The notes: a model not told the origin generated them from the sequence alone. Shown: positions 38,704 to 48,021, numbered from the stretch's first letter. The stretch is 64,000 nucleotides of DNA from an uncultured Candidatus Saccharibacteria bacterium (GCA_964545165.1 CAZJEQ010000001.1:1971-65970); one strand, 5' to 3'. Numbers and translations are program-made.

Positions 38704-39168
38704 ATGAGACGCACCGCACACACGACGCAGCGCACCACGAGAGGCGATGGGTCAAAGCTGCGCGTGGGCATTGCCGTCGCGCGATTCAACGAAGATATCA
38801 CCACGGCGCTCCTCGATGGCGCGCGCGAAACTCTTCGCGCCTGGGGTGTCAAAGATGCGCACGTGCACGTATCGCATGTAGCGGGGAGCTACGAGCTGCC
38901 GCTTGCATGTGCACGGCTCATCAAGCGTCACAAGCTCGATGCGGCACTCGCGCTCGGCTGCATCGTGAAAGGTGAGACCAAGCACGACGAATATCTCGCA
39001 CAGGCAGTTGCAAACGGATTGATGCAACTCATGCTGAGCACGAATGTGCCGATCGGATTTGGCGTGATTACTGCAAATACACTACAGCAGGCACGCGTGC
39101 GCTCGCGTGGCACCGCCAACAAGGGGAGTGAGGCTGCGGCCGCGGCACTCGAGAGCGCCTGCGCGTGA
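38704..39168 (+). CDS. ribH: 6,7-dimethyl-8-ribityllumazine synthase
   Basis: LRVGIAVARFNEDIT... and GETKHDEYLA motifs. The ORF-track N-terminus overlaps ribE; the real start is the internal Met. Confidence 0.85.
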   Translation: MRRTAHTTQRTTRGDGSKLRVGIAVARFNEDITTALLDGARETLRAWGVKDAHVHVSHVAGSYELPLACARLIKRHKLDAALALGCIVKGETKHDEYLAQAVANGLMQLMLSTNVPIGFGVITANTLQQARVRSRGTANKGSEAAAAALESACA

Positions 39169-39287
39169 CCGTGAAATTCTCACCAGGGAATTTCTAGAGT
39201 CATGCCCGGACAGACCCCTGCAGGGGTGTGACGTTGGGCATAACTCAGCAGATTCTCTGCTGAAAATCTGAAGGGTATACTGCCTGC

Positions 39288-40241
39288 ATGCTTAGTCGAC
39301 AAAAGCTTGCTGCTTGGGGCCCGGTACTCGTTTTTCTCGCCGCCATACTGTGGGCGACGGATGCGCCGTTTCGCGCACATCTCACAGAGGGACTCTCTTC
39401 GAATTTCATAGTATTTGCCGAGCACTTCGTAGATGTGCTGATAGCACTGCCGATTCTCTGGTGGATGCGATCAGATCTCAAGAAACTCTCGCGAAAGGAG
39501 TGGGGTGCAATTCTCTTGATCGCCATCGGCGGTTCCGCGCTGGCTTCCATCGCGTTTACCCAGGCATTCCATTACGTGAATCCATCTGTCGCGATTCTCT
39601 TGCAGAAAATCCAGCCGCTCATCGCCATCGTGCTCGCTGGCGTCTTCCTCGGTGAGCGCATGCATCGCAATTTTTGGATTTGGGCCGCGGTCGCGCTCTG
39701 TGGCACGTATCTGATTAGCTTCCCGACGCTTGTGCCGCAGCTCTACGCGGGAGAAGCCTTCAATCCCAACACCATCGGTGTACTTCTTGCGCTCACGGCG
39801 GCGCTGCTCTGGGGTGCGTGCACGGTAGTGGGCAAATTTGTTCTGCGCACGGCTGCCTTTCAAACGCTCACCGCGCTGCGCTTCGTCATCGCGTTTATTT
39901 TCTTGGGAATCCTCAATCTGGTGCAGGGTACCTTTCCGGTATGGAGTACCGTCACACCGACCGACTATTTCTTTATCGTTATCATCGCACTCGCTTCTGG
40001 CGTGTTTTCGCTCTTTCTCTATTACTACGGACTCCAATACACCAAAGCCTCGATTGCCACGATCGCAGAGTTGGGCTTTCCGTTTGCGGCAGTCGTCGTC
40101 AATGCGTACTTCATCGTGGGCGCCATGCAGCCGGGGACCGTGCTCGGTCTGCATCTCGGACAGTGGGTCGGCTCGATGATGCTCCTTGGCGCGCTCTACA
40201 TGCTCGCGCGCGTCAATCGCGAAGACGCGGCAGCTACATAA
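39288..40241 (+). CDS. EamA/DMT-family transporter embedded in the rib cluster (candidate riboflavin transporter, RibN-like)
   Basis: 10-TM duplicated EamA pattern; the riboflavin substrate is inferred only from genomic context. Confidence 0.5.
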   Translation: MLSRQKLAAWGPVLVFLAAILWATDAPFRAHLTEGLSSNFIVFAEHFVDVLIALPILWWMRSDLKKLSRKEWGAILLIAIGGSALASIAFTQAFHYVNPSVAILLQKIQPLIAIVLAGVFLGERMHRNFWIWAAVALCGTYLISFPTLVPQLYAGEAFNPNTIGVLLALTAALLWGACTVVGKFVLRTAAFQTLTALRFVIAFIFLGILNLVQGTFPVWSTVTPTDYFFIVIIALASGVFSLFLYYYGLQYTKASIATIAELGFPFAAVVVNAYFIVGAMQPGTVLGLHLGQWVGSMMLLGALYMLARVNREDAAAT

Positions 40242-40245
40242 CCAT

Positions 40246-40656
40246 ATGGCGCGCATCATGGTCTTCGGGACCTTCGATATGGTGCACGAAGGACATCTCG
40301 ATTTGTTTCGACAGGCGCGTGCGCTCGCACCTGAGCCACACCTCATCGTCTCTGTGGCACGCGACGCGGTAGCAGCGCGGATTAAGGGTGCCGCGCCTCG
40401 CAGACGTGAAGAAGCGCGTCGTGCCGCTGTCGCAGCAAGCGATCTTGTCGACGAGGCAGTCTTGGGAGACAGCGAAGGATATCTGCCGCATATCATCGCT
40501 GCGCAGCCGGAGATTATTGCATTGGGATACGATCAGGAAGGGGAATACGTCGCGCACCTCGCGCAGGATTTGGAAGCTGCGGGTCTTCGTGTGCGCATCG
40601 TGCGACTCGAGCCCTTCGAGCCCGAGATATACAAAACTTCCAAGCTGCGCTCGTGA
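40246..40656 (+). CDS. cytidylyltransferase-family protein, archaeal RibL-like putative FMN adenylyltransferase
   Basis: [13 protein letters not shown] (nucleotidyltransferase HxGH motif); ~137 aa; directly downstream of the rib genes and transporter. Confidence 0.5.
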   Translation: MARIMVFGTFDMVHEGHLDLFRQARALAPEPHLIVSVARDAVAARIKGAAPRRREEARRAAVAASDLVDEAVLGDSEGYLPHIIAAQPEIIALGYDQEGEYVAHLAQDLEAAGLRVRIVRLEPFEPEIYKTSKLRS

Positions 40657-40753
40657 ATCCCTCCCTTTCACAACCCGTGCTCACACGTTCCTGCGCAACG
40701 AGTTGCTGCTGTGCACATTGCGTTCAGTATGTTATTCGCGTAGAAAGGGAAGG

Positions 40754-41143
40754 ATGAAATATTTTGCAATCGATTACGGCTCAAAACGCATCGGCACGGC
40801 TGCTTCAAATGTTGAGGGCACGATCGCATTTCCACGTACAACCATCCCCAATGATGCCTCAGCCGTCACCACACTGGTCACCATGATTGCCGCAGAAAAA
40901 GCGGAGGCGATTGTGATCGGCGATACGCGCACGCTCGAAGGGAGCGAGAATCCGGTGACGAAAGCTGCACAGCAATTTGCGGAGAAGCTCGGTGCCGCCG
41001 CACAGGTGACGATTGTATGGGCCCGCGAGGCGGGAAGCACCATCGGGGCGGGGGAAATCTCTGGCACGAATCATGATGATGCGTCAGCCGCAGCGTTTAC
41101 CTTGCAGCGGTATTTGGATATGCATACAAGACGTGTAGAGTAG
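40754..41143 (+). CDS. ruvX: RuvX/YqgF pre-16S rRNA nuclease / Holliday junction resolvase-like
   Basis: MKYFAIDYGSKRIGTA... signature; 129 aa; GGA-rich RBS. Confidence 0.8.
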   Translation: MKYFAIDYGSKRIGTAASNVEGTIAFPRTTIPNDASAVTTLVTMIAAEKAEAIVIGDTRTLEGSENPVTKAAQQFAEKLGAAAQVTIVWAREAGSTIGAGEISGTNHDDASAAAFTLQRYLDMHTRRVE

Positions 41144-41147
41144 CGAT

Positions 41148-41495
41148 ATGGAAGAGGCACCACAGCCGACGGAAATTCAATACGAAGATTTTGCGAAGCT
41201 CGATATCCGCATTGGGCTCATCGTGGCCGCGGAAAAGGTGCCCGAGACCGACAAGCTCATCAAGTGCACGATTGATTTTGGCGCATTCGGACAGCGCACC
41301 ATCGTCTCAGGTATTGCTGCATGGAAGACGCCAGAAGAGCTGGTTGGAAAAAAACTCCCCTACATCGTGAATCTTGCACCGCGCATGCTCAAGGGGGTGG
41401 AAAGTCAGGGGATGTTGCTCGCGGCCAGCGATGAGACAGGTCTTGCGCTGATCGTTCCCGAGCGCGATGTGACACCTGGTACGCGCCTCAAGTAA
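41148..41495 (+). CDS. tRNA-binding protein (CsaA/Trbp111-like OB-fold)
   Basis: DIRIGLIVAAEKVPETDKLIKCTIDFG...RTIVSGI matches the Trbp111/MetG C-terminal domain. Confidence 0.75.
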   Translation: MEEAPQPTEIQYEDFAKLDIRIGLIVAAEKVPETDKLIKCTIDFGAFGQRTIVSGIAAWKTPEELVGKKLPYIVNLAPRMLKGVESQGMLLAASDETGLALIVPERDVTPGTRLK

Positions 41496-41587
41496 AGCGA
41501 GAGTCGATGCGCGACTGATATAATTGTGCGATGGATCTCTCCTTCGCGCGGAAGATTGGCGACGATGGTCGAGCTTTTTCGCGTATC

Positions 41588-42658
41588 ATGGCGCGCGCCT
41601 TCCCGATGCCGCAGCTGTTGATGCCGCCAGCAGCAGGTGTCGACATCTCGGACTCTTCAGTGAAGTGGCTCGTGCTCAAGCAGGTGGGCGAGTCGTACCA
41701 TGTCGATAATTACGGCGAGGTACCGCTCCCGAGCGGCGTCGTCGTGGCCGGTGCCGTACAGAATGTGGGAGCGCTTGCCGAGGCGCTCAAGGCGGTGCGC
41801 GTACAGCTCAAGGGCGTCCGCGCGGCGCATGGCGCGCTTCCTGAAGAAGCCGCGTACGTCTTCAGCATGCTCGTCCCGCACGCGACACCGCGCACCCAGG
41901 TCTTGCGCATGATCGAATTCGAATTCGAGGGTCGTGTGCCGATTGCGCCCACTGCTGCGGTCTACGATTACTCGCTCATTCCGGCAGAAGGCAATGAGCA
42001 GGAAGAGATCAGTGTGGTGGTATTCCCGAAAGACATCGCAGAAGCGTATACCGCCGCATTTGATCAGGCGGGCATGACGCTCCTCTCGCTCGAAGTCGAG
42101 GCACGCTCTATTGCACGCGCGGTCTCCTCCGGCGCACCCGATGAGCCTGTCACGCTTATAGCTGATTATGGTCGCGGCCGCACTGGCTTTGCCGTCCTCA
42201 AACGCGGCGTGCCGATTTTTACCTCCACAGTGCCAGTCGGAGGTGATGCGATTAATCGCGCGCTGATCGACACGATGCACATGAGCGAGGCAGAGGCGGC
42301 ACAGTTCAAGCTCGATGAGGGTGTTGATGCACAGGCCCAGCGCACCGCGGCACGCGACGCGATTTTGCCTGCGGTGAGCGCGTTTGCCGATGAGATTGCA
42401 CGTCACTATCGGTACTGGGATACGCGCAAGAATGATCGGGGTGATCGAGTCACCGCCGTGGGCAAGGTGATGCTCGTCGGCGGCAATGCGAATCTTCGCG
42501 GACTGGCAGACTACGTGGCAAGCAGGGTCCAGGCCCCGGTCGAAATAGGGCAGTGCTGGCGACATGTCGCGCCCTTCGATACATACATTCCGCCGATTGA
42601 TCGACACATCTCGCTCCAGTATGCGACCGCCGTTGGTCTCGCACTGCGCGCACACTAA
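41588..42658 (+). CDS. pilM: type IV pilus assembly protein PilM (actin-like ATPase)
   Basis: GVDISDSSVKWLVL start of the actin fold; GGGANLRGL motif; followed by pilN/pilO. Start ambiguous (41531-41606). Confidence 0.75.
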   Translation: MARAFPMPQLLMPPAAGVDISDSSVKWLVLKQVGESYHVDNYGEVPLPSGVVVAGAVQNVGALAEALKAVRVQLKGVRAAHGALPEEAAYVFSMLVPHATPRTQVLRMIEFEFEGRVPIAPTAAVYDYSLIPAEGNEQEEISVVVFPKDIAEAYTAAFDQAGMTLLSLEVEARSIARAVSSGAPDEPVTLIADYGRGRTGFAVLKRGVPIFTSTVPVGGDAINRALIDTMHMSEAEAAQFKLDEGVDAQAQRTAARDAILPAVSAFADEIARHYRYWDTRKNDRGDRVTAVGKVMLVGGNANLRGLADYVASRVQAPVEIGQCWRHVAPFDTYIPPIDRHISLQYATAVGLALRAH

Positions 42659-42660
42659 CT

Positions 42661-43194
42661 ATGGCCAACGTCTTGCCACTTGATGCTCAGAAGAAAATCG
42701 CCAGCGAATACCGCGCGCGCTTTGTGATCGCCACGGCAATTGCGATTGCGGCGACCGCACTCTTGCTCGCGCTCGCGCTCGTACCCAGCTATCTCGCGAT
42801 CTCGCTCGCCGCGCCCCCTATACGCGATGCTGTGAGCGCTGAGCACGCGCAAAACCCACAGGTGGTGGCGCGCACGCAGATGCTGATCACGCAATTCATG
42901 CCGACGCTCGCCGCGACAACGTCGCCGCGTGCGCTCATCTCAGCCGCCATTGCTGATCGGCCGAGCGGTGTCACGCTGGATCATTTCGTATACTCCGCAC
43001 CGCGCACAGGTAAGAGCGCAGAGATGCTGATCACGGGAGTCGCCGCGCGCGATAAAATCGCCGCGTATCGCGATGCTCTGGAAGCCGATCCGCTTTTTGC
43101 AACGGTGTCGGTGCCGGTGAGCGCGCTCGTGGGTGGCGGAAGCGGCGATTTCTCCGCCACACTTACTATTCCGAGCATCACCGCAACCTTTTAA
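42661..43194 (+). CDS. pilN: PilN-like pilus assembly protein
   Basis: Single N-terminal TM helix; position between pilM and pilO. Confidence 0.55.
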   Translation: MANVLPLDAQKKIASEYRARFVIATAIAIAATALLLALALVPSYLAISLAAPPIRDAVSAEHAQNPQVVARTQMLITQFMPTLAATTSPRALISAAIADRPSGVTLDHFVYSAPRTGKSAEMLITGVAARDKIAAYRDALEADPLFATVSVPVSALVGGGSGDFSATLTIPSITATF

Positions 43195-43197
43195 TCT

Positions 43198-43734
43198 ATG
43201 CGACACCTAGCATCACTCTCGTGGTTTGCGCTGCTCGGCTCCATCGCGCTTTTAGCATTGGTGGTTTATCAGGCGGGAGCGATTCGCGAAGAAGCGCGTA
43301 CACGCGCGGCGTTTGCGGCAGATCGCGAACAGCAAAGTGATCGAAGTGCGTATGCGCAACGGGTGGCTGCCGTGATCGCAGAGACAGAAGACGAGCGCGC
43401 GAAACTCGACGCGTTTGCAAAGCTCGATGTGGTCTCGGTCGTCGAGCTCCTTGAAAGCGCGGGGACAAGCGCCGGGCTCACGGTGACGGTCGCGGGCGCA
43501 CAGGCCGAAAGCGGTGCGCAGCTTCCGACAGGGGAGCTGGTGCAGCCCGTCGCGTTTTCCGTGAATACATCCGGCTCGTACGCGGCGGTGATGCGCGCGC
43601 TCGATCTCTACGAGCATCTCCCGCTTGCCTCGCAAATTGAACAGCTCGACATCGCACGCGACGCATCGGGAAGCGGACGCACGTGGAGCCTGTCGATGCG
43701 AATCCGTATTATGACGCTTGCACCATCCTTATGA
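43198..43734 (+). CDS. pilO: PilO-like pilus assembly protein
   Basis: N-terminal TM helix plus coiled-coil and C-terminal domain; position after pilN. Confidence 0.5.
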   Translation: MRHLASLSWFALLGSIALLALVVYQAGAIREEARTRAAFAADREQQSDRSAYAQRVAAVIAETEDERAKLDAFAKLDVVSVVELLESAGTSAGLTVTVAGAQAESGAQLPTGELVQPVAFSVNTSGSYAAVMRALDLYEHLPLASQIEQLDIARDASGSGRTWSLSMRIRIMTLAPSL

Positions 43735-44057
43735 TGTCATTCGGCACATTCAAACGCGTAAAGGAACTGTATACGTACCGGCATGAGCCGGAGTACATGC
43801 GCCCGCTCGGCGAGATCTTCTGGCATGGCCTTTTGCTCTGTGCCGCGGTCGCTATGGTGGGTGTGCTTGTCTTTGCGGCGAGTGTCTTTGTCGATGTGCT
43901 CACCACACTCGGGGGCTCGGCAGCGGGACCCACGAGACCGCCTGTGGTGCTCGATCGTGCGAAACTCGACGAGATGCTCAATCGCATCGACGAGAAGGTC
44001 GTCGAATACAATGCGCATCGCGCGGCATCATCGCCAGTTGTCGATCCGTCGAGATAG
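43731..44057 (+). CDS. hypothetical single-TM protein
   Basis: ORF overlapping the pilO stop by 4 nt. Confidence 0.35.
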   Translation: MMSFGTFKRVKELYTYRHEPEYMRPLGEIFWHGLLLCAAVAMVGVLVFAASVFVDVLTTLGGSAAGPTRPPVVLDRAKLDEMLNRIDEKVVEYNAHRAASSPVVDPSR

Positions 44058-44069
44058 AAACGTCTGTGG

Positions 44070-44142
44070 TGCGCGCTGAGGGACTTGAACCCCCGACCTT
44101 CCCCGTGTAAAGGGGTTGCTCTACCAACTGAGCTAAGCGCGC
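44070..44142 (-). tRNA. tRNA-Val (anticodon TAC), CCA encoded at 44067-44069
   Basis: Reverse complement: GCGCGCT/AGCGCGC acceptor, D-arm GCTC-AGTTGGTA-GAGC, anticodon loop TTTACAC, T-loop TTCAAGT. Confidence 0.85.
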
Positions 44143-44292
44143 ATGTGCCCCCGTTCGGTCTGTAACCCCATGAGGTGAGACACCGTAAGGGTTTCTGGAG
44201 GGACCTTTAATATAACAGGCTTGGGCCGCTCGGTCGCGTCCCTTTTTTGGAAAGTTACAAAAGTGACACAGGAATGTGACGTGACCGTGTCA

Positions 44293-45027
44293 CTATTTGG
44301 TTGACTCGCTTTGTTGCTGCTCTGTCTTTTCAAGGGAAAGGTCTTGTGTGGCAATTGCCTGACGGAGCTTGAACAGACCGAACCACACGGCAGGATGGGC
44401 CTTCATTTTGTGTCGCGGACCGCACACGCAATTAGTTGCCCCATTGATGTGTTCTTGGCCGGAGAGCAACTTTTGCACGCGCGGCCATTCGATCATATTT
44501 GCCTGCATTTTGCGTATGCAGATTTCCACGTGTTCGCGAGAGCTGCCTGAACGATGGTAAGACTCAAATACACCTGCCGAGCCGTGTGAATAGTCATTCC
44601 AGGGCCACTCATCGTGCAAGTCGTAATGCCGCTGTCCATACAAGAATGGGTAGACCAGTTGCTCGAGATACACGGGGAAAGAAAATCCAGCGTTCATGCG
44701 CTCCACCTCTTCTACGGGCCCACACAAACAAGCGTGACCGGTTCCGTAGAAATGCCTATCGAGTATGAGCTCGACCTTATCGCCGAGTACCTGAAGTGTT
44801 GGGAGGGTTTTGTTGTTTCTGCCCTTCTTAATCGATATCTCGTACGCACCGCGGAGCACAACACCCACTCCAGTTTGTCCGGACTGCGTGAGCGGCGTGA
44901 AAGTATCTGTCGCCTTGTCGTAAGCGGCGGCGAACACAATCTCGCCGCTTATCTCCGTATGGTCAGCATTAACTGTGAGAAGTGGGTAGCTGGTTTGGAG
45001 CCATGTGACTTCATCCTTGGTGATCAT
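44293..45027 (-). CDS. uncharacterised protein co-operonic with the CD-NTase (two CxCGP motifs)
   Basis: Overlaps the 3' end of the nucleotidyltransferase gene; contains HACLCGP and NCVCGPRHK; no recognisable E1/E2/JAB/HORMA signature. Confidence 0.45.
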   Translation of the reverse strand: MITKDEVTWLQTSYPLLTVNADHTEISGEIVFAAAYDKATDTFTPLTQSGQTGVGVVLRGAYEISIKKGRNNKTLPTLQVLGDKVELILDRHFYGTGHACLCGPVEEVERMNAGFSFPVYLEQLVYPFLYGQRHYDLHDEWPWNDYSHGSAGVFESYHRSGSSREHVEICIRKMQANMIEWPRVQKLLSGQEHINGATNCVCGPRHKMKAHPAVWFGLFKLRQAIATQDLSLEKTEQQQSESTK

Positions 45028-45940
45028 GGCTGTCGCCCCACTGGCGCGTTGGAGTGAAGGAGCTGCCGGCTGCGTACGCTGCACCGGCAGCTGCGGATGC
45101 TGTGCCGGAAGCCGTAGCCGACTTAGTAGTAGGGCCGCTTTCGCGGAACTCCTGTTGCCAGACGGAAATGTCGTCTACGCCATCGAGCATTTTGTGTGCG
45201 TTGGCTGCAGCACGCGCAATATTAGTCTTCTCGGCGGGCTGCATCAGTTGTGATACTACGTTGTTGGTGTTCGCGGGATCGACGAGTTGCAAGGTCTCAA
45301 ACTCACTCTCGAACGCATCGAGTACGCCCAAGAAACTCTCTTTGAGATCGCTCTTGCTGCGCGAGCCCTTGAGGGCCTCAACGACAAAGAGCTCGAGGAT
45401 GAACGTCTTGATTTGGAGACGATTGCGATGCGCCCAGAGCTTGATCAACCGGATGACCGGTACACATTCGCTGTTGGTAATGTAGTCGATATGCGTCTTG
45501 AGGTTCGTCTTCATGCGCTCCTGCTCACCGTATTGGACGTGTAGGAACACATCCTTAGTGCCTTCTATAAAGCGGCCAGGAACGACGTCGATGTGGAAGT
45601 CGCCCGGCGCGGCCGCGCCCTTGAGATCAAGAATGCGCTCGGCCGACGCTTTTGGGCGCGTGACGTACTTTTCACGCAATCGCTTGGCAACATCTTCACG
45701 AATGTCTTTTAGCGAGCGGGAGTCGCCACTGAGGAAATAGCAGACGATGTCGAGATCGTAACGGTCGCTGATCATCGTGCCCTTCTCATACGAACCCGCA
45801 TACTTTATGTGCGGCGTGTCGCCGAACTCCGTGCGCAGGAATTTAGTAATCTCATCCTTGTGCAACTGGAGGTCTTTCTCCTGACGCGGAGTGAGATCCT
45901 GCGAAGCGAGTGTCTCTTCTAAATATTTTTTTGGTGTCAT
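45011..45940 (-). CDS. CBASS cGAS/DncV-like nucleotidyltransferase (SMODS domain)
   Basis: IKYAGSYEKGTMISDRYDLDIVCYF (GS...DxD) and FHIDVVP third acidic residue; Pol-beta NTase fold; low-complexity Ala/Ser tail. Confidence 0.75.
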   Translation of the reverse strand: MTPKKYLEETLASQDLTPRQEKDLQLHKDEITKFLRTEFGDTPHIKYAGSYEKGTMISDRYDLDIVCYFLSGDSRSLKDIREDVAKRLREKYVTRPKASAERILDLKGAAAPGDFHIDVVPGRFIEGTKDVFLHVQYGEQERMKTNLKTHIDYITNSECVPVIRLIKLWAHRNRLQIKTFILELFVVEALKGSRSKSDLKESFLGVLDAFESEFETLQLVDPANTNNVVSQLMQPAEKTNIARAAANAHKMLDGVDDISVWQQEFRESGPTTKSATASGTASAAAGAAYAAGSSFTPTRQWGDSHDHQG

Positions 45941-45949
45941 ATTGTTTTT

Positions 45950-47068
45950 TTAATTAATGGTTAATGTGGGAACGAAAACACCCTGGTCTCTGTCATATAC
46001 GCGCATGGTCGGATCGGCCTTGGGGAGCAACTCTTTGCCACACAGCACCGCGACCGGAGCTGGTATCGCGGGAAATAAGTAGATAGTGCTGCCGCCGTAC
46101 TTCGCTCCTATCTCGCTAAGCACCTGCCGATATGTTGTTCTGAATTTTTCGAGGCGGGATTTGTAAGGCAAGAAACCTGGGTTGGCACCATCCACTTCTA
46201 TCTCATACACTGGCGCGTCGCCGACAATAGGACGATACATCTCCGAACCGTTCTTGCCGCTGAGCGAGAGTACCAGTGCTACTTTACTGTGGTCCGCGCC
46301 CTCAGTGTGGGTGACGCGAAATGTAAAATCGTCCTCCGCTGGCTCCTCTTTCCACTTCCAGTCATCGGTGTCGCGATGTTTTTGATAGAGGTCTACTGGC
46401 ACAATGTTTCCCAACTGGTTGCCTAGATGCACGAGAATGGGTATCGGCGCGAGTGCAAACACCGACAGATGGCTATACAACAGACCATCATTACCCCGAC
46501 GTAGTGATTGCCGGAGCTGTTCTGTTACCTCACTCGCGAATTGCGTCCAAAACGCTTCGTCGCCTCTACCTGCCTTGTGACTGAAGTCGAGCCATACGCC
46601 CTTGTCATCCGCTAAAGGACGCGATTGAACTGCCGGAAAAATATCGGCGGGTGCAATTTCAACCCGCCGATCGCCGATCGGTGCATTGAACCGGAGCACA
46701 GCAGTAGGACCTTCGACGCCGATGGCTGTCTGGCGTTGGATACGCTCCTCGTGCTTTTGTTTGTAGCTCCGTAGTTGCTCAATCGTATAGGACTCCGCAT
46801 TGCGCCCGTCTATGAGGCGCGAATGCTTGAGACATACGAGCATGAGGTTGTCGTAATCGGTTTGTAACTCGGACGATAACTCCTCATCTCCGCGTGGACC
46901 GTTCGGACTCGCCGCGACAATGTGCGCCATGTGGGCGAAATTATCTTCCTTCTGAGTAGTGTCATCGCGCCAAACCGGCTCGTTACAGTTTGGGAACTCG
47001 CAACGGCCTCCGGAATGGACCCAGAGTTTAAGCCTGACCTGCTCGGGTATGTTAAGACGCGCCGCCAT
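45950..47068 (-). CDS. CBASS effector Cap5-like: N-terminal HNH endonuclease + C-terminal SAVED domain
   Basis: HNH motif (LWVHSGGRCEFPNCN...NFAHMAHIVAASPNGPRGD); C-terminal ~250 aa SAVED-like; 10 bp upstream of the NTase gene. The ORF-track start at 47251 is an over-extension into the DUF2188 gene. Confidence 0.7.
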   Translation of the reverse strand: MAARLNIPEQVRLKLWVHSGGRCEFPNCNEPVWRDDTTQKEDNFAHMAHIVAASPNGPRGDEELSSELQTDYDNLMLVCLKHSRLIDGRNAESYTIEQLRSYKQKHEERIQRQTAIGVEGPTAVLRFNAPIGDRRVEIAPADIFPAVQSRPLADDKGVWLDFSHKAGRGDEAFWTQFASEVTEQLRQSLRRGNDGLLYSHLSVFALAPIPILVHLGNQLGNIVPVDLYQKHRDTDDWKWKEEPAEDDFTFRVTHTEGADHSKVALVLSLSGKNGSEMYRPIVGDAPVYEIEVDGANPGFLPYKSRLEKFRTTYRQVLSEIGAKYGGSTIYLFPAIPAPVAVLCGKELLPKADPTMRVYDRDQGVFVPTLTIN

Positions 47069-47075
47069 ATCGTTA

Positions 47076-47321
47076 TTAGTGCTTCTTGTCGCGAGGAGGA
47101 TTCGGATCATGACCAGGCGCAACAGTGTCGCTGTCGCGGATAGGTCCGCCATTCGGCTTGTGAATCCGTACCTCGCCACCACCGGAGTTACCGGAAAACT
47201 CCTTGGCGATTTTCTCCGCTTCCTTTTGTGTATCCGCAGTCGCGGACGCACGATCAGCTCCTTCTTTTACAACCTTCCAAACATCGGACCCCTTGGGGTT
47301 CGTGACGTGGTAATTAGCCAT
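47076..47321 (-). CDS. DUF2188-family small protein
   Basis: MANYHVTNPKGSDVWKVVKEGADRASATADTQKEAEKIA...IHKPNGGPIRDSDTV..DPNPPRD matches the DUF2188 pattern. Confidence 0.6.
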   Translation of the reverse strand: MANYHVTNPKGSDVWKVVKEGADRASATADTQKEAEKIAKEFSGNSGGGEVRIHKPNGGPIRDSDTVAPGHDPNPPRDKKH

Positions 47322-47326
47322 ACGTT

Positions 47327-47962
47327 TTAGTACAGGTCGGGTGGCAAGACTCCCACCACCACACCCTGAATGCTGCAATTATCTGTTAATACGATCGGCG
47401 TGTGCGGATCGGACGACTTCGGGCGGAGGATCACCACGCCGTTCTTTCGTTCCAATATCTTTACGGTCGCTTCGTCGTTAATGAGCGCGACGACGATCTG
47501 GCCGTCGTCTGCGGATTCCTGCTGGCGCACGAGCACGATGCTTCTGTCATCGACGCTCACGCCGCCCACTCTCGCCTGGTTCATTGACGTACCAACGACA
47601 CGGAGCAGAAAGTACCGTGAGCCGGGACGCGCGAGCGCCGTCGAGACTGGAATCACTGCCTCGACATTCTGCTTCGCGAGCATCGGCGCACCGGCGGCTA
47701 CACTGCCCACCAATGGCACGTTCACCGTGGACACGGACGTGTTCGCATTGAGGCTCGGACTCGTGAGCCGAATCCTTCTGCCGAGGCGGCGTATAAGCCC
47801 CGCCGCTTCAAGGCGTTCGAGGGCCAAGACAGCCGAGCGGGGGGAGGCCTTCTTGGTCACCTGGTTGATTTCCCGCAGCGTGGGCGCTTCCTGACCGTGG
47901 ACGAGGCGGTTGCGGATGAGGAGATAGACCTGCTTGTCGCTCTCGCTGAGGTTATTAATCAT
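47327..47962 (-). CDS. lexA: LexA-like repressor (wHTH + S24 peptidase)
   Basis: N-terminal wHTH; S24 catalytic Ser in GTSM and Lys in VKIL; VAAG cleavage-site region. Confidence 0.8.
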   Translation of the reverse strand: MINNLSESDKQVYLLIRNRLVHGQEAPTLREINQVTKKASPRSAVLALERLEAAGLIRRLGRRIRLTSPSLNANTSVSTVNVPLVGSVAAGAPMLAKQNVEAVIPVSTALARPGSRYFLLRVVGTSMNQARVGGVSVDDRSIVLVRQQESADDGQIVVALINDEATVKILERKNGVVILRPKSSDPHTPIVLTDNCSIQGVVVGVLPPDLY

Positions 47963-48021
47963 AGGTATAAACAAGTATACACCCAAGTGGACTTTTTTGC
48001 AAGGGGTGCTAGGCTAGAGAA

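Noticed and set aside
37643-39287. Possible FMN riboswitch upstream of the rib genes or of the transporter
   Set aside because: Neither the 37643-37764 nor the 39169-39287 interval shows the conserved RFN element blocks (GGGUGAAAUUCCC..., GCCGACAGU..., GGAUGGGAGAAGGA). There is only a short GUGAAAUUC coincidence.
39471-40496. 341-aa minus-strand ORF
   Set aside because: It is antisense to the EamA transporter and RibL-like genes, Arg-rich, and has no motifs.
41657-42655. 332-aa minus-strand ORF inside pilM
   Set aside because: It is antisense to a PilM gene whose actin-fold motifs are in the plus frame.
45950-47251. N-terminal 61 aa of the 433-aa Cap5-like ORF (non-ATG start at 47251)
   Set aside because: The extension runs through the well-formed DUF2188 gene in another frame and is basic/low-complexity. 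The credible start is the internal ATG near 47068.
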